From Lingula anatina (lineage: Eukaryota; Animalia; Brachiopoda), in contig CM120642.1 of assembly GCA_051362555.1 (NCBI GenBank), forward strand, positions 28,086,001 to 28,150,000: DNA of 64,000 nucleotides, written 5' to 3'. A model generated the notes under the pieces. The model was not told where the DNA came from and searched no databases. It was given only the letters and a program-made list of their open reading frames with translations. Of the stretch, positions 1-11,139 are shown piece after piece. A program made the position numbers and the translations under genes. Position 1 is the first letter of the stretch. Every line of letters begins with the position of its first letter.

Positions 1-1221
1 GTCCCAAAATTTCACCTTCACGAATAATGAAAATGACTTTCTGTTTCACGGAGCCTTATTTTCGTTACACCGGGAAATGATTCGTGGGTAGGCGACAATT
101 GCTTTATTTTAATGAAAAGTATATTTGCGTGGATGGGGGGGGGGGGGGGGGGGGAGGGGGGGGGGATAGGATAGGCCATACCGTTAACATACGGCTTGCA
201 GCACATATAGCTTTCCTGTTTACCTACATATATTAGTCTCTAACAGACTGAAAATAAACCAAGAAAACGTATTTAGTGTTGTTAGACTACCATGACTAGC
301 ATGAATATATGCTTTTAACCAGCTGCATAAAACTAGTGACGGTGACTCAGTATTTTGAAGATGCTAAAACCATATTAATGTACGTACATTGTATCACATC
401 ATAGACCTATACATGCATGTAGGTTCATTAATCAGAGTCTGACCGCTATAAATATAGGTCTCCTACTCACTTATTGCCCCTTTGTCTTAAATTATCACCC
501 ATTAGCATGTGACTTGTCCTATCTTATCTACCGTCCAGTATTTGGTAAGTGGTTCTTCTAAGGCAGTTCATCCGACATGATGATAGTTGCAAATACGTAT
601 GTAGCCCATGTGCCCATTATAAGGCCTTCTTAGTCAAATACCTTCAATGACGAAGGCTAAAAATAGATCGGGGGTTTCCCAACGTAATAAGTCATGTGTT
701 TGATAAGAGTGCATGCATTGGTGGTAGCACGTAGGCTACAATGTACGGGTATGGTAGTGGACATAAAGTTATCAAACACCAACGTGGCTGGTCTCACATC
801 TCTGATAATTCATAATATTGATATGGCTATAGTGGCAGTGGATGCTGTGCTCAGTAGGAAAAACAAGTGTGATCAGTGCTGAGAGGTTAAGTCTCACTGG
901 TCCCGCAGTTGTTCTTTTGGCCTCGTTTTAAAAGAAAAAAAATTAATTCATACTTAAGATACATTACACGCAAAATAATTGTGTATCAGTTCATCATATA
1001 CGTGTAAACTGACCGAAAACTTGAATAAAAGGTATCAGCTCGTTTGTTTAAAAAAGCCCCCTAAGGCGCTTTTAAAAAATCGAACAAAAGGATACTGGGG
1101 TTATATAATAAAAGCGACATTGTGTGGCCAAATCTCGTACAATTGATTTCCTTTGTTGTCTTCTTTCTTGTTGTGAATGGGAGTATGAAAGTTTGTGGTA
1201 CACTGGGATGGAGGAGACATA

Positions 1222-1247
1222 AAGAACATGGGGCACAAGCACTGCGA

Positions 1248-1293
<46 letters not shown>
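1222..1293. repeat. (CT)n microsatellite with a conserved ~28-bp head, also at ~9540-9640
   Basis: AAGAACA.GGGGCACAAGCACTGCGAG precedes (CT)n at both loci. Other microsatellites lie at ~7580, 8500, 10840-10932, 58118 and 59508. Confidence 0.8.
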
Positions 1294-1295
<2 letters not shown>

Positions 1296-1767
1296 ATTAT
1301 GTGATTCGATATAGTACTTCATACAAAAAGTCAATACTCATTAATATATATGTATGGTATTGTGCAAGTATTAAATTAACACAATATTGTATAATTATAC
1401 TAAAATGTAAACAAATTATCGTAACTATGACTGTTATATAATTAAGAGCACCACAATAACAACTGCCTTTTCAGGGCGATGCTAAATCATTCTTCCTCTT
1501 TGACCGGAAACACCCTGAAAACACCCTGTAGAGCCGCATTTTACAATCAAACGCATTTTGCCAGCTCAATTGTACAGCTCAATATTGTACATGTATGTAC
1601 ATGTATATATAGCTTGCCATATTCTACTGTTCGGCCTGCACTCTCAACGGCAGCATGAGCGGCTCCTGACAGCCCTCGTCTCAGCGGTCTACCCGGCAGC
1701 CTTAGACGTTGACCAGCGGTCTCTCACCGACTTACCGACACAGCGGTCACCCTGCCGCAGTCGACTC

Positions 1768-1914
1768 GGGCCCGTATCTCGAAAGCATCGCGCATTGCGA
1801 CCGTGCGCAAGCGGCTCGATTCCATAACTCGCGCCATAGAATACCTTGTAGCCTCTATCATCTATGTGATCTATCGCTATTCGCAATAAGCAATGCTTTC
1901 GAGATACGGGGCCC
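1768..1914. mobile_element. MITE, PIF/Harbinger-like (family 1)
   Basis: TIRs GGGCCCGTATCTCGAAAGCAT / ATGCTTTCGAGATACGGGGCCC; a homologous copy lies at 47311-47458. Confidence 0.75.
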
Positions 1915-2280
1915 CTTCCTTCGGCGACAGCGGTTTCACCAGCAGCGGTTTTTCAATTTGTTTTGTTTTATTTGAATCGACTTTTTGTATTTTTTCTTTA
2001 CATTATTTTAATTAATTATTTTATTTATTCTGTTCTTGTCTTCTTTAATATTTGATCCCAACACCTGCATTGCATACGTAAGACCGAAAGCTGAGACAAC
2101 TGCATGATTACTATGGTCTCTGCTCACCCATCGGCTCTTGTAGGCCCTACATGTTTTGAAATTTGATGTGATTTATTAATAATGACCGTTTTTCTCTCCA
2201 CAGGTCATGAGAAGCGATGGGAATAGTGATGGAGACTGCTAGGTTAACGTCTAGGTTTTCACTTGTACCAGTTACACATG

Positions 2281-2593
2281 CAGTGGCGGATTTAGAAGGG
2301 GGGTCAGGGGGGGTCCTAACCCAACCTCCCCCCCCCCCCCCTTTGGTTTCTGGAAAATATATCACACCAATATTCCCCTCTTGAAATGAGAGAATTTTTA
2401 CTAGCTGAATCATAGTTCTAAACCGTACCAAAGGGCGCCGTTTTTACTCCAAAACACCAAAATCCCCGGGGCCCTTGAGCAGGCCCCAACCACACGCCAA
2501 GGGGGAGATGGTCGGCTTCGCATCCGAGGCTTGCCAATCTGGACACCCCCCACCCCACCCCCACCATTTCAAATAATCCGAGATCCTCCTCTG
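2281..2593. mobile_element. Degenerate element related to 33874-34042
   Basis: Starts CAGTGGCGGATTTAG and ends AGATCCTCCTCTG; G/C-run interior; no clean TSD. Confidence 0.5.
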
Positions 2594-2811
2594 ACGTATA
2601 TTTCAGTTTGATTTTCTGTTCAATAATGTTTTATATTATTAATTTGTTTTGTTCTCTTTGCTGCTCTCCAAACATAATTAATGCATGCATTATACCACAA
2701 GTAAAGTGCAGTCTTCTGCTACGTCTCCATGATACAGTTTTTCTTATTTGCGGTCATTATTAATAAATCACATCATACTACTAGCTCCGTGCTCAAGATA
2801 CGTCATTTATT

Positions 2812-5800
2812 ATGAGGATCTTTTCTCTCGGATTTTTCACTTCGTTTGTCTTCATGGCATACCGTCAGATGAAGTCTACGGTGGAGAGTCTTCGCAGATG
2901 TTTTTGTTGCAAGCGGAAAGCCCTTGTACCTTTAATGCTGTTAATGACTGGGGCGTTGATTTACATCTTCAAATTCATGAACGGTTTTGAAAGCACATGT
3001 AAGCTTTATTCGCCATTAAAGGCATAGAAGACGAAAGAACATACAGCTTATAATTATTTATAGCCTATTAGATACATTCAGTGGAGCCAAGACCATTGAG
3101 ATAGTTGTAACATGTAAAACTTGTTTTTTTAGCTCTTAGTCAGAATTTAATCTGGTAGGATCGCCTGCAACATTCCATTGTCAGTATGTACTATTTGGCA
3201 TATTTGAAAATACTTTTTATATATATAAAGAACATTTTCAATATTGTTCATGTATTGAAAGGCTCAATTTTATGTATTTTCGTGTTACTAGTATATTATT
3301 ATATCTTTATTTCCAACTAAGCCCTATCGTCAGCAGTGGCGAAAGTTAACACAAGTGGCAATTCGGTGGCTATGAACAGGCCCGTTACGTCTGCAGAAAT
3401 CATCTACCGGAAGAATAAAAAGGGTCCTCTTTCCCAGTTTACAAAGGCAATGTCGACTGTGAGACCAGCCAATACTGGCAGCTCGAAATCTTCTACATCG
3501 ACATCCTACAAAGAGGATTCGTTAACTGCAGTTCCACAACACTTGGGCCTACATCAAAATGCGACCTCAGATTTTGTCATGGTCTGGTCGCATTATGCCG
3601 CAATTCCACAAATGTTTATGGATAAAATAGCGACCTTCCTCCAGTTAAATCCAGGGAAACGCGTTGTATTTTTATGTGGAAGCAGTGGATGTATAGATCA
3701 AATAGACGCCAAGTCGTGGAAACACGTAACAGTACTTCGTTTACTGTTATCTGAGTTAGCCCAGGGCACACCACTGGACGATTTTGTCTCTAAATCCGCC
3801 ATTTTGAAATTGCTCATGGGTCGTAAATTTATGGTAGTCGTACATGAAATAAGTGTTTTACTTGCCCTGTGGAGATTTGGTGGACTTTACATAGATATAA
3901 GAAGAATAGTGCCGTCATATTTACCAGCTGAATATTTCAAGGGACAATGGGTGTCCACTGAAGGTATCTTTTTCGTATCCAGATTCGAACAACATTCGTT
4001 GTTCGTTAAAAATGCCATGGTCGAGATTCAGTCGGCCTACAGCAGTCTCAGTAGAAGTCAAATCCAAAATTGGGACACTGCTTCAGTCTTACTGAAATCA
4101 AAAGTTCTAAGCCAGGTAGATAAGAGACAGACTGAAAAGGGCGGTACAGATTCTGTAATAACATTTTTGCAAGAAGAACTCTTTGGGATCCTAAGTTTTG
4201 ACCATCGAGTGAAGGTGGCGAGAGACATCAACGTTGGCGACGAGATTCAAACGCTAGCAGGGCTACAGTTTCTTCCCTTTGTGGACCTATTTGTGGACAG
4301 GGATACCTGGAACGTCACAAATGTAGCAAAACCGCCTGCACAGAAAAAGACTACTGACAATTTTTGGGAAGAAAACACTAGAAGAGAAAGGCATGGAAAT
4401 GCAACAAATTGGTCTTTGTACATGACCCAAAATACAGCAGGTAATGGCATACCTAAAACAAGCGATACAAAAGATCCGTTTAGAAAAGGGTCAATTGTTT
4501 CCAACGAAACCAATAATCTCAAAAAAGGAATCACAATATTTCTTAATGGATGGTATAACGCCGGCAACATGATGTGGCCACCAAAAGTTAATCTAAACCC
4601 TCTGATTTTATCGATGTATTTTGGATCAAGTTTCTGGAAGAAATTACTTACTGAGCCGGGCAGAAATTACCTTCGAAATCATGGCCCTGTGGGTGCTCGT
4701 GATGACGTCACTTTTAAGTTCTTAAAATCCCAAAATTTTTCAGTATATAAATCGGGCTGTTTGACACTTTTAATGCACAATCCCAATCCCACCATTAAAA
4801 CAGAGGATATATTTGTCGTTGATGTGAACAAAAGCGCTTTAGAATTAATTGTTCCATATCAAATACGAAAATCAGCGATAAACGTCACCCACAACTTGCC
4901 CAGTTCGAAGAAATTTGATAGATTAACACGCTACGAAGCCGCAAAAAGTTTGATGGAAAGATATTCACGTGCAAAATTAGTTATAACCTCGCGCATCCAT
5001 TGTGCCCTTCCTTGCGTTGCCATGGGAATTCCAGTAGTTTTTGTAGAAACTGACGTCCTACCTGGAGGTGGAGGGCGTCGAACTGAGGGCTTAACAGAAC
5101 TTTTTCACACAGTTACTGTCGACCTAAGGATGAAAACCTACAGAGGCCTGGACAACTTTAATTGGGACGAACCGGAAATGAATCCAAATCGTGAAATCTA
5201 CATGCGCTTTCGCGCCACCTTGTGGTATGAGATACGCAAATCTCGCGCTTTACGAGAAACGGCGATAACATTTGGGATCGCACCCTTTAAAACATTCAGG
5301 CAGTTAAACAAAAATAAAACAACTGAATCGGTATTCTTTCAAGTGTACACAACGAAGAATCAGACAAAGCGGAACCGCCGTTCACTCGAGAGTATATTTT
5401 ACCACCATCCAAATGCGAAAGTGCGCATTCTAAGCAATGCTTTGACACAAAAGGCGTTTTCTGAGTTCAATGAAGCAGGTTTTCAAGTAGAGGTCGAAAA
5501 CTATACTCTTGAAAACTTACTAAGGCACATTGAAAATCTGGAACCAGACACCTTTGCGGGTCGCTCGAAAGCGTTTTTGAAAAGAATGCCTGTTATTTCA
5601 AAAGGACCATACTGGTATAGCCACGAAACTGACTTGATAAGGTTGTTACTGTTATATCTGTACGGTGGCATTTACATGGACACTGACATCATTTTAGTAA
5701 AGAGTTTAAAAGTTTTGAATAATGTTACTGCATGGGAAGACAGAAAAAATTCCGTGTTAAATGGCGCTGTTGTAAAATTTGATAAGCACAATCCATTTCT

Positions 5801-6167
5801 CCGTGAGTGTATTAAAGAATACCTCCTTAACTATAAGCAGAACGATTGGGCGGCAAATGGACCGCATCTTCTCACCCGCGTGGCGAGAAAACATAGCACG
5901 TGGGTGTGTGACGTCAACAGTTTTGAGGATGTATCGAAAGGCAAGCCATGCATAGTCAGACGTATGTATCGGCAATCGTTTTATCCTATTGAGTGGCCTA
6001 ATGTTACACGAGAATGTTTCCTTGATAAAGGCAGAGTAAACGAAGAGTCCTTTTCTGTGCATCTATATAACAAATTATCGAAAGCGTATGGGGACGCTAC
6101 CAAGCCTGGGACGCTCTGCCGTTACCTTCTGAACATTTTTTGCATTTTCTGTGGAGACTTTGTTTAA
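2812..6167 (+). CDS. Type II membrane multidomain glycosyltransferase: degenerate GT32 + polysaccharide pyruvyltransferase-like + GT32 (A4GALT/A4GNT-like), ~1000 aa, 2 exons
   Basis: Exon 1 is 2812 (or in-frame ATG 2854)..2998, with TM segment ALVPLMLLMTGALIYIFKFM and donor GTAAGC at 2999 (phase 1). Phase-compatible acceptors give exon 2 starts at 3322, 3334 or 3337, reading into the 943-aa ORF ending at 6167. Motifs: ALWRFGGLYIDI; NVGDEIQ, GPVGARD, SGCLTL, VITSRIHCALPCVAMGIPV; TDLIRLLLLYLYGGIYMDTD, NGPHLLTRV, FYPIEW, VHLYNK. Confidence 0.85.
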
Positions 6168-6949
6168 ACCGTCTATAATGCTTGCATGAGAGAAGCAAAC
6201 GGCAAAATGATGGGGCTCTGTAATATAAAAACTGCGTGGTATAAATATTTATGGTGATGGTGTATATAATTTTCAGTTCACGTTTCACATGAGAATGCAT
6301 GTAAGAGAAAGCATGTAAGAACACGAAGTGTTATTAAATAATCGGATTTTCCTATTAATACCACTACTGCTCTGTTTGTTAATAACACATCTAAATTCTT
6401 GCTCTTTTATATAGCATTACTAGCCCCCCCTCCCCCCCTCGCTTCAATTGTACATGTTTCGTACTTCAAACCATATCTGGGACTTACAAAAAATTATGTT
6501 TGCAAAATTCGTTGTGTTGCAGTTGCAAAATGCGGCTCTACAACCCTAAAAGCAGTGACCCAATTTATACTCTGTACAAATTGTCATTAAGAGGCAAGAC
6601 ACTCGTCGTTATAGAATGGTTGTATCCACGAACAATTAGAAATGTGTCTTTAATAATAAGTAAAGATACGTGTATTTCTCTCTTTTTTAATTCACATTAA
6701 ATTATATAAATTATATATTATATTTAATTATAAACTTTGTACGTAAACTGTACAAGCTTAACCTTTTCAACACTTAAACCATTTCCTCTTTAACATTTTC
6801 GGAGTCCCTTTTTTCTCAATTAACAGATCAAAACATCAATTTCATTCAACTTTAAGTGAACAGTAGTCTATTTCAATGGGATATTCAAAGCAGACATGTG
6901 CCCCTGTCGTAGTTCCTGAAATACTCTTTCTTTTACCCCCCCCTCCCCC

Positions 6950-6980
<31 letters not shown>

Positions 6981-7504
6981 ACGCAAATATATAACGGAAA
7001 TATTAAAGCAGTATAATGAACAAAATGAAACAGACGTGATTTTCAAACTCTTAATAGGCCCCTTCTTAGAAAAGGAGGAAATTGGCACCTATAGCGTTCC
7101 GGAAGCACATAACGTGACTTTACCAGGTATCAAATTACAAAAGAAAACCAGGCACCGCTGTGCATACCGGCCTTGACATTTGTTGATTAACTGCGGTCTA
7201 ATGGGTGAAAGAGGGATCGGTCACGCGGAAATTTCTCATTTATTGAACAATCTGCCTCTGTTGGATACCAATTCTTGTTAATCTGAAGATCGCAAAGTTA
7301 TTTTTCACATGCTTATAATGCGTACTCGATTGTGCTTTTCTCCGAAGTTTCTCGGCAGAGTGGCAAATATCTGCGTCGCTACCTAGAAAACTAAATCGAG
7401 GGGAGGTATTTCCCAAAGGCCACTTAAGAAAACTACCATAATAGGCATGGTAGTAGGATCAGTACATGGGTCTTTAAAAATGTGGAGCACACAAGCCTAC
7501 AGAG

Positions 7505-7511
7505 TATAAAT
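7505..7511 (+). promoter_or_regulatory. Candidate TATA box of copy A (conserved at 17514-17520 in copy B)
   Basis: AGCCTA.AGAGTATAAAT.GCAC is conserved in both duplicated upstream regions. Confidence 0.4.
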
Positions 7512-7575
7512 AGCACAAGAGATGAATTCGAGAACTATTTCTCGTCAGAGTTTAAACGCGACTTACTGTCTCAAA

Positions 7576-7621
<46 letters not shown>

Positions 7622-8495
7622 GTAGGTCAGTAAGTGCAAAGTGACACAAATACAATGCAGTATTTTTCTTTCTCTTTGCAAATTATTCCTGATAAGATCG
7701 ACCTTGTATTGATCACCAACAGAAATATCAATAATCCTGATGGCCCAAAAGTGACCCATTGAGTCTGTATACATTAATGAAACAGTAAAAAATGTTGGTG
7801 TTGGAATATTACCTCCAAATTACGAAAATACAAGGATTTATAAGACATTTAGAGCAAGTATAAAATTAAAGAACGCCAGTTCTGGTAGAGCCAGCAGGAA
7901 ACCCAATTAAGCTAACCCAGAAATGAAAATGCAGCTAGGTCACAAGAGAACATAAAGGACCCGCAGGATTTTTTTATTTATGTTTAATTTAGGATTTGAT
8001 TGTGCTCTTCTCTGAAAAGATGGATCAGTTCGACAAACAGAACTAGGCTGAAGCGAAAAGAAAGCAATGATAGGAATTTCTTTATCAAACTACCTTGTAA
8101 GGGAAAAGGCGTAGGCAGAAAATTTACGTCTTCCAATTACATGCTCAATGTTGAGGTAGGCTATTTATAGAACGTGCGCTATAAGCTTTGTACATTTAAC
8201 CACTGGAGCCTGTGATATGAAAGAAGGAATTGGCAGGAGTGAACGTTGGTATTGTATATTGCAGGATACAGACAGGACACGTACAGTGATCACAGAGTAA
8301 TAACAGAGGTAGGTAAATACGGTTTGGACATTGATTTGAACTTTCTGGTAGAGTACATTTACTTCAACACGAACGCACATAGTCTCTCTCTATCACGCAC
8401 ACACACACACCTCACACCTCTCACACACACACGCGCGCACACAAACGGGCACATACAAATACTCACAAACGTGGTAACAGCAGCAGTATTACACG

Positions 8496-8499
<4 letters not shown>

Positions 8500-8544
<45 letters not shown>

Positions 8545-8830
8545 CACTTTCACTTTTAAGTGCATCTCTTCAAGCACGCCCACACACAAAAAACGAAAAA
8601 ATAACTGCTTACATGAAGGAGACAGAGAGAGAGAGAGAGGAGGGAGAGAGGGAGAGAGAGACACTTTCACTTTTAAGTGCATCTAGGAGAGCACGCCCAC
8701 ACACACAAAAAAAATCGACAAAATATCTGCGTGCATGTAAGAGAGATAGAGAGAGAGGCACGAGGCACTTTCACTTTCAAGTGTTTCTCGGCACGCACGC
8801 CCATATAAAAAAAAACCGACAAAATAACTT
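8500..8830. promoter_or_regulatory. Three ~105-117 bp tandem units, each carrying an IRF/ISRE-like element
   Basis: ACTTTCACTTT(T/C) at 8546-8557, 8663-8674 and 8767-8778 (reverse complement (G/A)AAAGTGAAAGT). Each lies after a (GA)n tract and before GCACGCCCA. Confidence 0.5.
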
Positions 8831-9569
8831 AAGAGCGAACGGTGAGAGGGACGTACACAACCATTTCTGCGTGCGGACAAGTGCATGATTGTAGACCCTG
8901 CACATTTCAGGGCACACGAAGAATAAACGTATAAAGAGAAACGTTTTTAAATAGTAAAGTAATTTTTATTAAGACTGATCCGTGCTAACGTGTATCACAG
9001 CTGCTTGTTACTCTTTCACTTAGTAAAAAATTTATGTTAACATCAACCTTGTATCGGTGAACAAGATTGATTGATACAGCTACAGGTACAGGTACACATC
9101 AACAACAGTGCGGGCACCTTGTTTTAATGCATCGATTCTACAATAATGTCGTTTTAAGACTAATCCACCGTGATAAATATACTCCAACAAAAGCAGTTTA
9201 AACTCGATTTAGATAAAGATGCTTTCTAATGGACTCCTTATTTAAGAGTCTAGCTTTTGATTATAAATTTGAGTCCAAAGATAGATTCGAAAAAGAAATT
9301 ATCAAATACACTTTGATAAGTATGTACGCTCTGCTCTTAATATGGCGTCATTAAATCAACTCCCAGTCTGCGTCAGTCCCGTCTGAAAGAAATGTATTTT
9401 TGCCAGTTTCCTCTGTTGCCATTCTTGCCGTGACCCATTCAAATCAGCGACGTAATAGAATAATGTCCACAATTAAAAAACAAATTAATAAATCAAATGG
9501 ATAAAGAAATCAGTCAAAGGGTTTTGATTGGTTTCCTCAAAGAACACGGGGCACAAGCACTGCGAGTCT

Positions 9570-9645
<76 letters not shown>

Positions 9646-10261
9646 GCAAGTCCACGATAGTGGGGAACAGCAGTAGTTTATCATCTTTGAAAATCTGTCA
9701 AAATATTCTTATGTGTTGGATTACAACGGGGGTGCTTTTATCTGAAAGGGGATAGATATCATCTTAATATATCTTAATATAACAAACAATTTTGTATTTC
9801 CATTGCTGTGTATTTTAAACGTTTTGATTCTAAGCAGAAAATGACAATAAATCTGGGATGCAGTCTCTTTTGCAGCTGTACCATATGGAAAAGAAGGCTC
9901 TCTTAATAGTATGGTTATGTTTCTTGGTCATCCCAGGGATCATTTACGGCGCACACACTAGAGAAAAAACAAAATTGCTCTTCGTCGCAAGTTTTGATGG
10001 GTGAAGAAAACGGGTTGTTGTGCAGTACCATCCTTTCTTCGATTTCAACTTCAGTACAAAGTATTATCTCCCTTACACGTGATCTATTCAATTTCGGGAT
10101 TTAAATACCCGAAATACACCCTGATTTTCATAAAACAACAATGAATATATAAATCATGTCATCTCAGCGTGTTTTTTACAGATGTTTTGACAATTATCCT
10201 GTTTCGTTTCCTTCTGACTCGCACGACAGCAAAACCACAGCTAGCGTATACGTGTGGTTTC

Positions 10262-10300
10262 GTTTCCCCAACCAGATTCGAACCAGGGACTTAGCGTAAA
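10262..10300 (-). pseudogene. tRNA-derived 3'-half fragment (tRNA-Val-like or SINE head)
   Basis: Minus strand reads TACGCTAAGTCCCTGGTTCGAATCTGGTTGGGAAAC, with a B-box/T-arm; no matching 5' half. Confidence 0.35.
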
Positions 10301-10511
10301 GAGTGGAGATTCCCAATGATGACGATATAGCCCGGTCATATGAATATAAATGAGACTAATTAAATTAGCTATGTCCGGTACCCATTTTTAGTGTGTAATT
10401 CGCACAAAACGATTCCATGTCATCGCTGTTTAACCTCCGATTTAGGGTCGCAGCGTGCTTTTTCAACTATGTGAAGTTAAGTTTTCAGGCCTTCCCAACT
10501 ACCAGACTCGG

Positions 10512-10746
10512 CACCGAATAATCCTGAATTCACCGGTTTATCGGACCACACCACCCGTTTTAAAGCTGTGCGTCAGTACGCGCTTCGAACGCGGTGTGAT
10601 AGTGATAATTCTCAGCGGGTTTGGAAAGTAGTGCATCTCATCTCAAAATTTGTTCCGGGGTTTGATACTGTGAAATGCGTACTGACACACACCTTGAAAA
10701 CGGGTAGTGTGGTCCGATCTACAGGTGAATTCGGGATCATTCGGTG
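10512..10746. mobile_element. MITE with long (~75 bp) imperfect TIRs
   Basis: CACCGAATAATCCTGAATTCACC..GTCAGTACGC versus GCGTACTGAC..GGTGAATTCGGGATCATTCGGTG. Confidence 0.7.
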
Positions 10747-10837
10747 AATATGAAGCAAAATACGATGCATATTCTAAGCGGAAATGTTGAAATCTTGATG
10801 TTCCTGTCCCACTGTTGTTACCCAGCATCGGGGACGT

Positions 10838-10876
<39 letters not shown>

Positions 10877-10901
10877 GTAATATGTACAATGGACCGGTAA
10901 A

Positions 10902-10938
<37 letters not shown>

Positions 10939-11139
10939 CCGTGTCTTTGTGTATTACCGGTCCATTGTACATGTTTAAATAGTCCCTGGAACTGTTGGGA
11001 GAGAGTAACCATTTCAATTCAAATTAAAATACAGTGTAACACAAAAAAAATTCTGTAAACTGATTAAACCATTCTTTATTTATTCAGGTTAGCAATCACA
11101 AAGAACTGTGTTCGGGCACGTGATATTCACTCCAAAGAG

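Noticed and set aside
1061-1334. Short ORFs with ER/SL/HT/CV dipeptide runs (also 8246-8888, 9528-9755, 10643-11058, 57921-58176)
   Set aside because: They are translations of (GA)n and (CA)n microsatellites.
3336-6167. Bacterial contamination as the source of the long intronless ORF
   Set aside because: It has a phase-compatible upstream TM exon, a eukaryote-style A4GALT-like C-terminus, and host-type repeats on both flanks.
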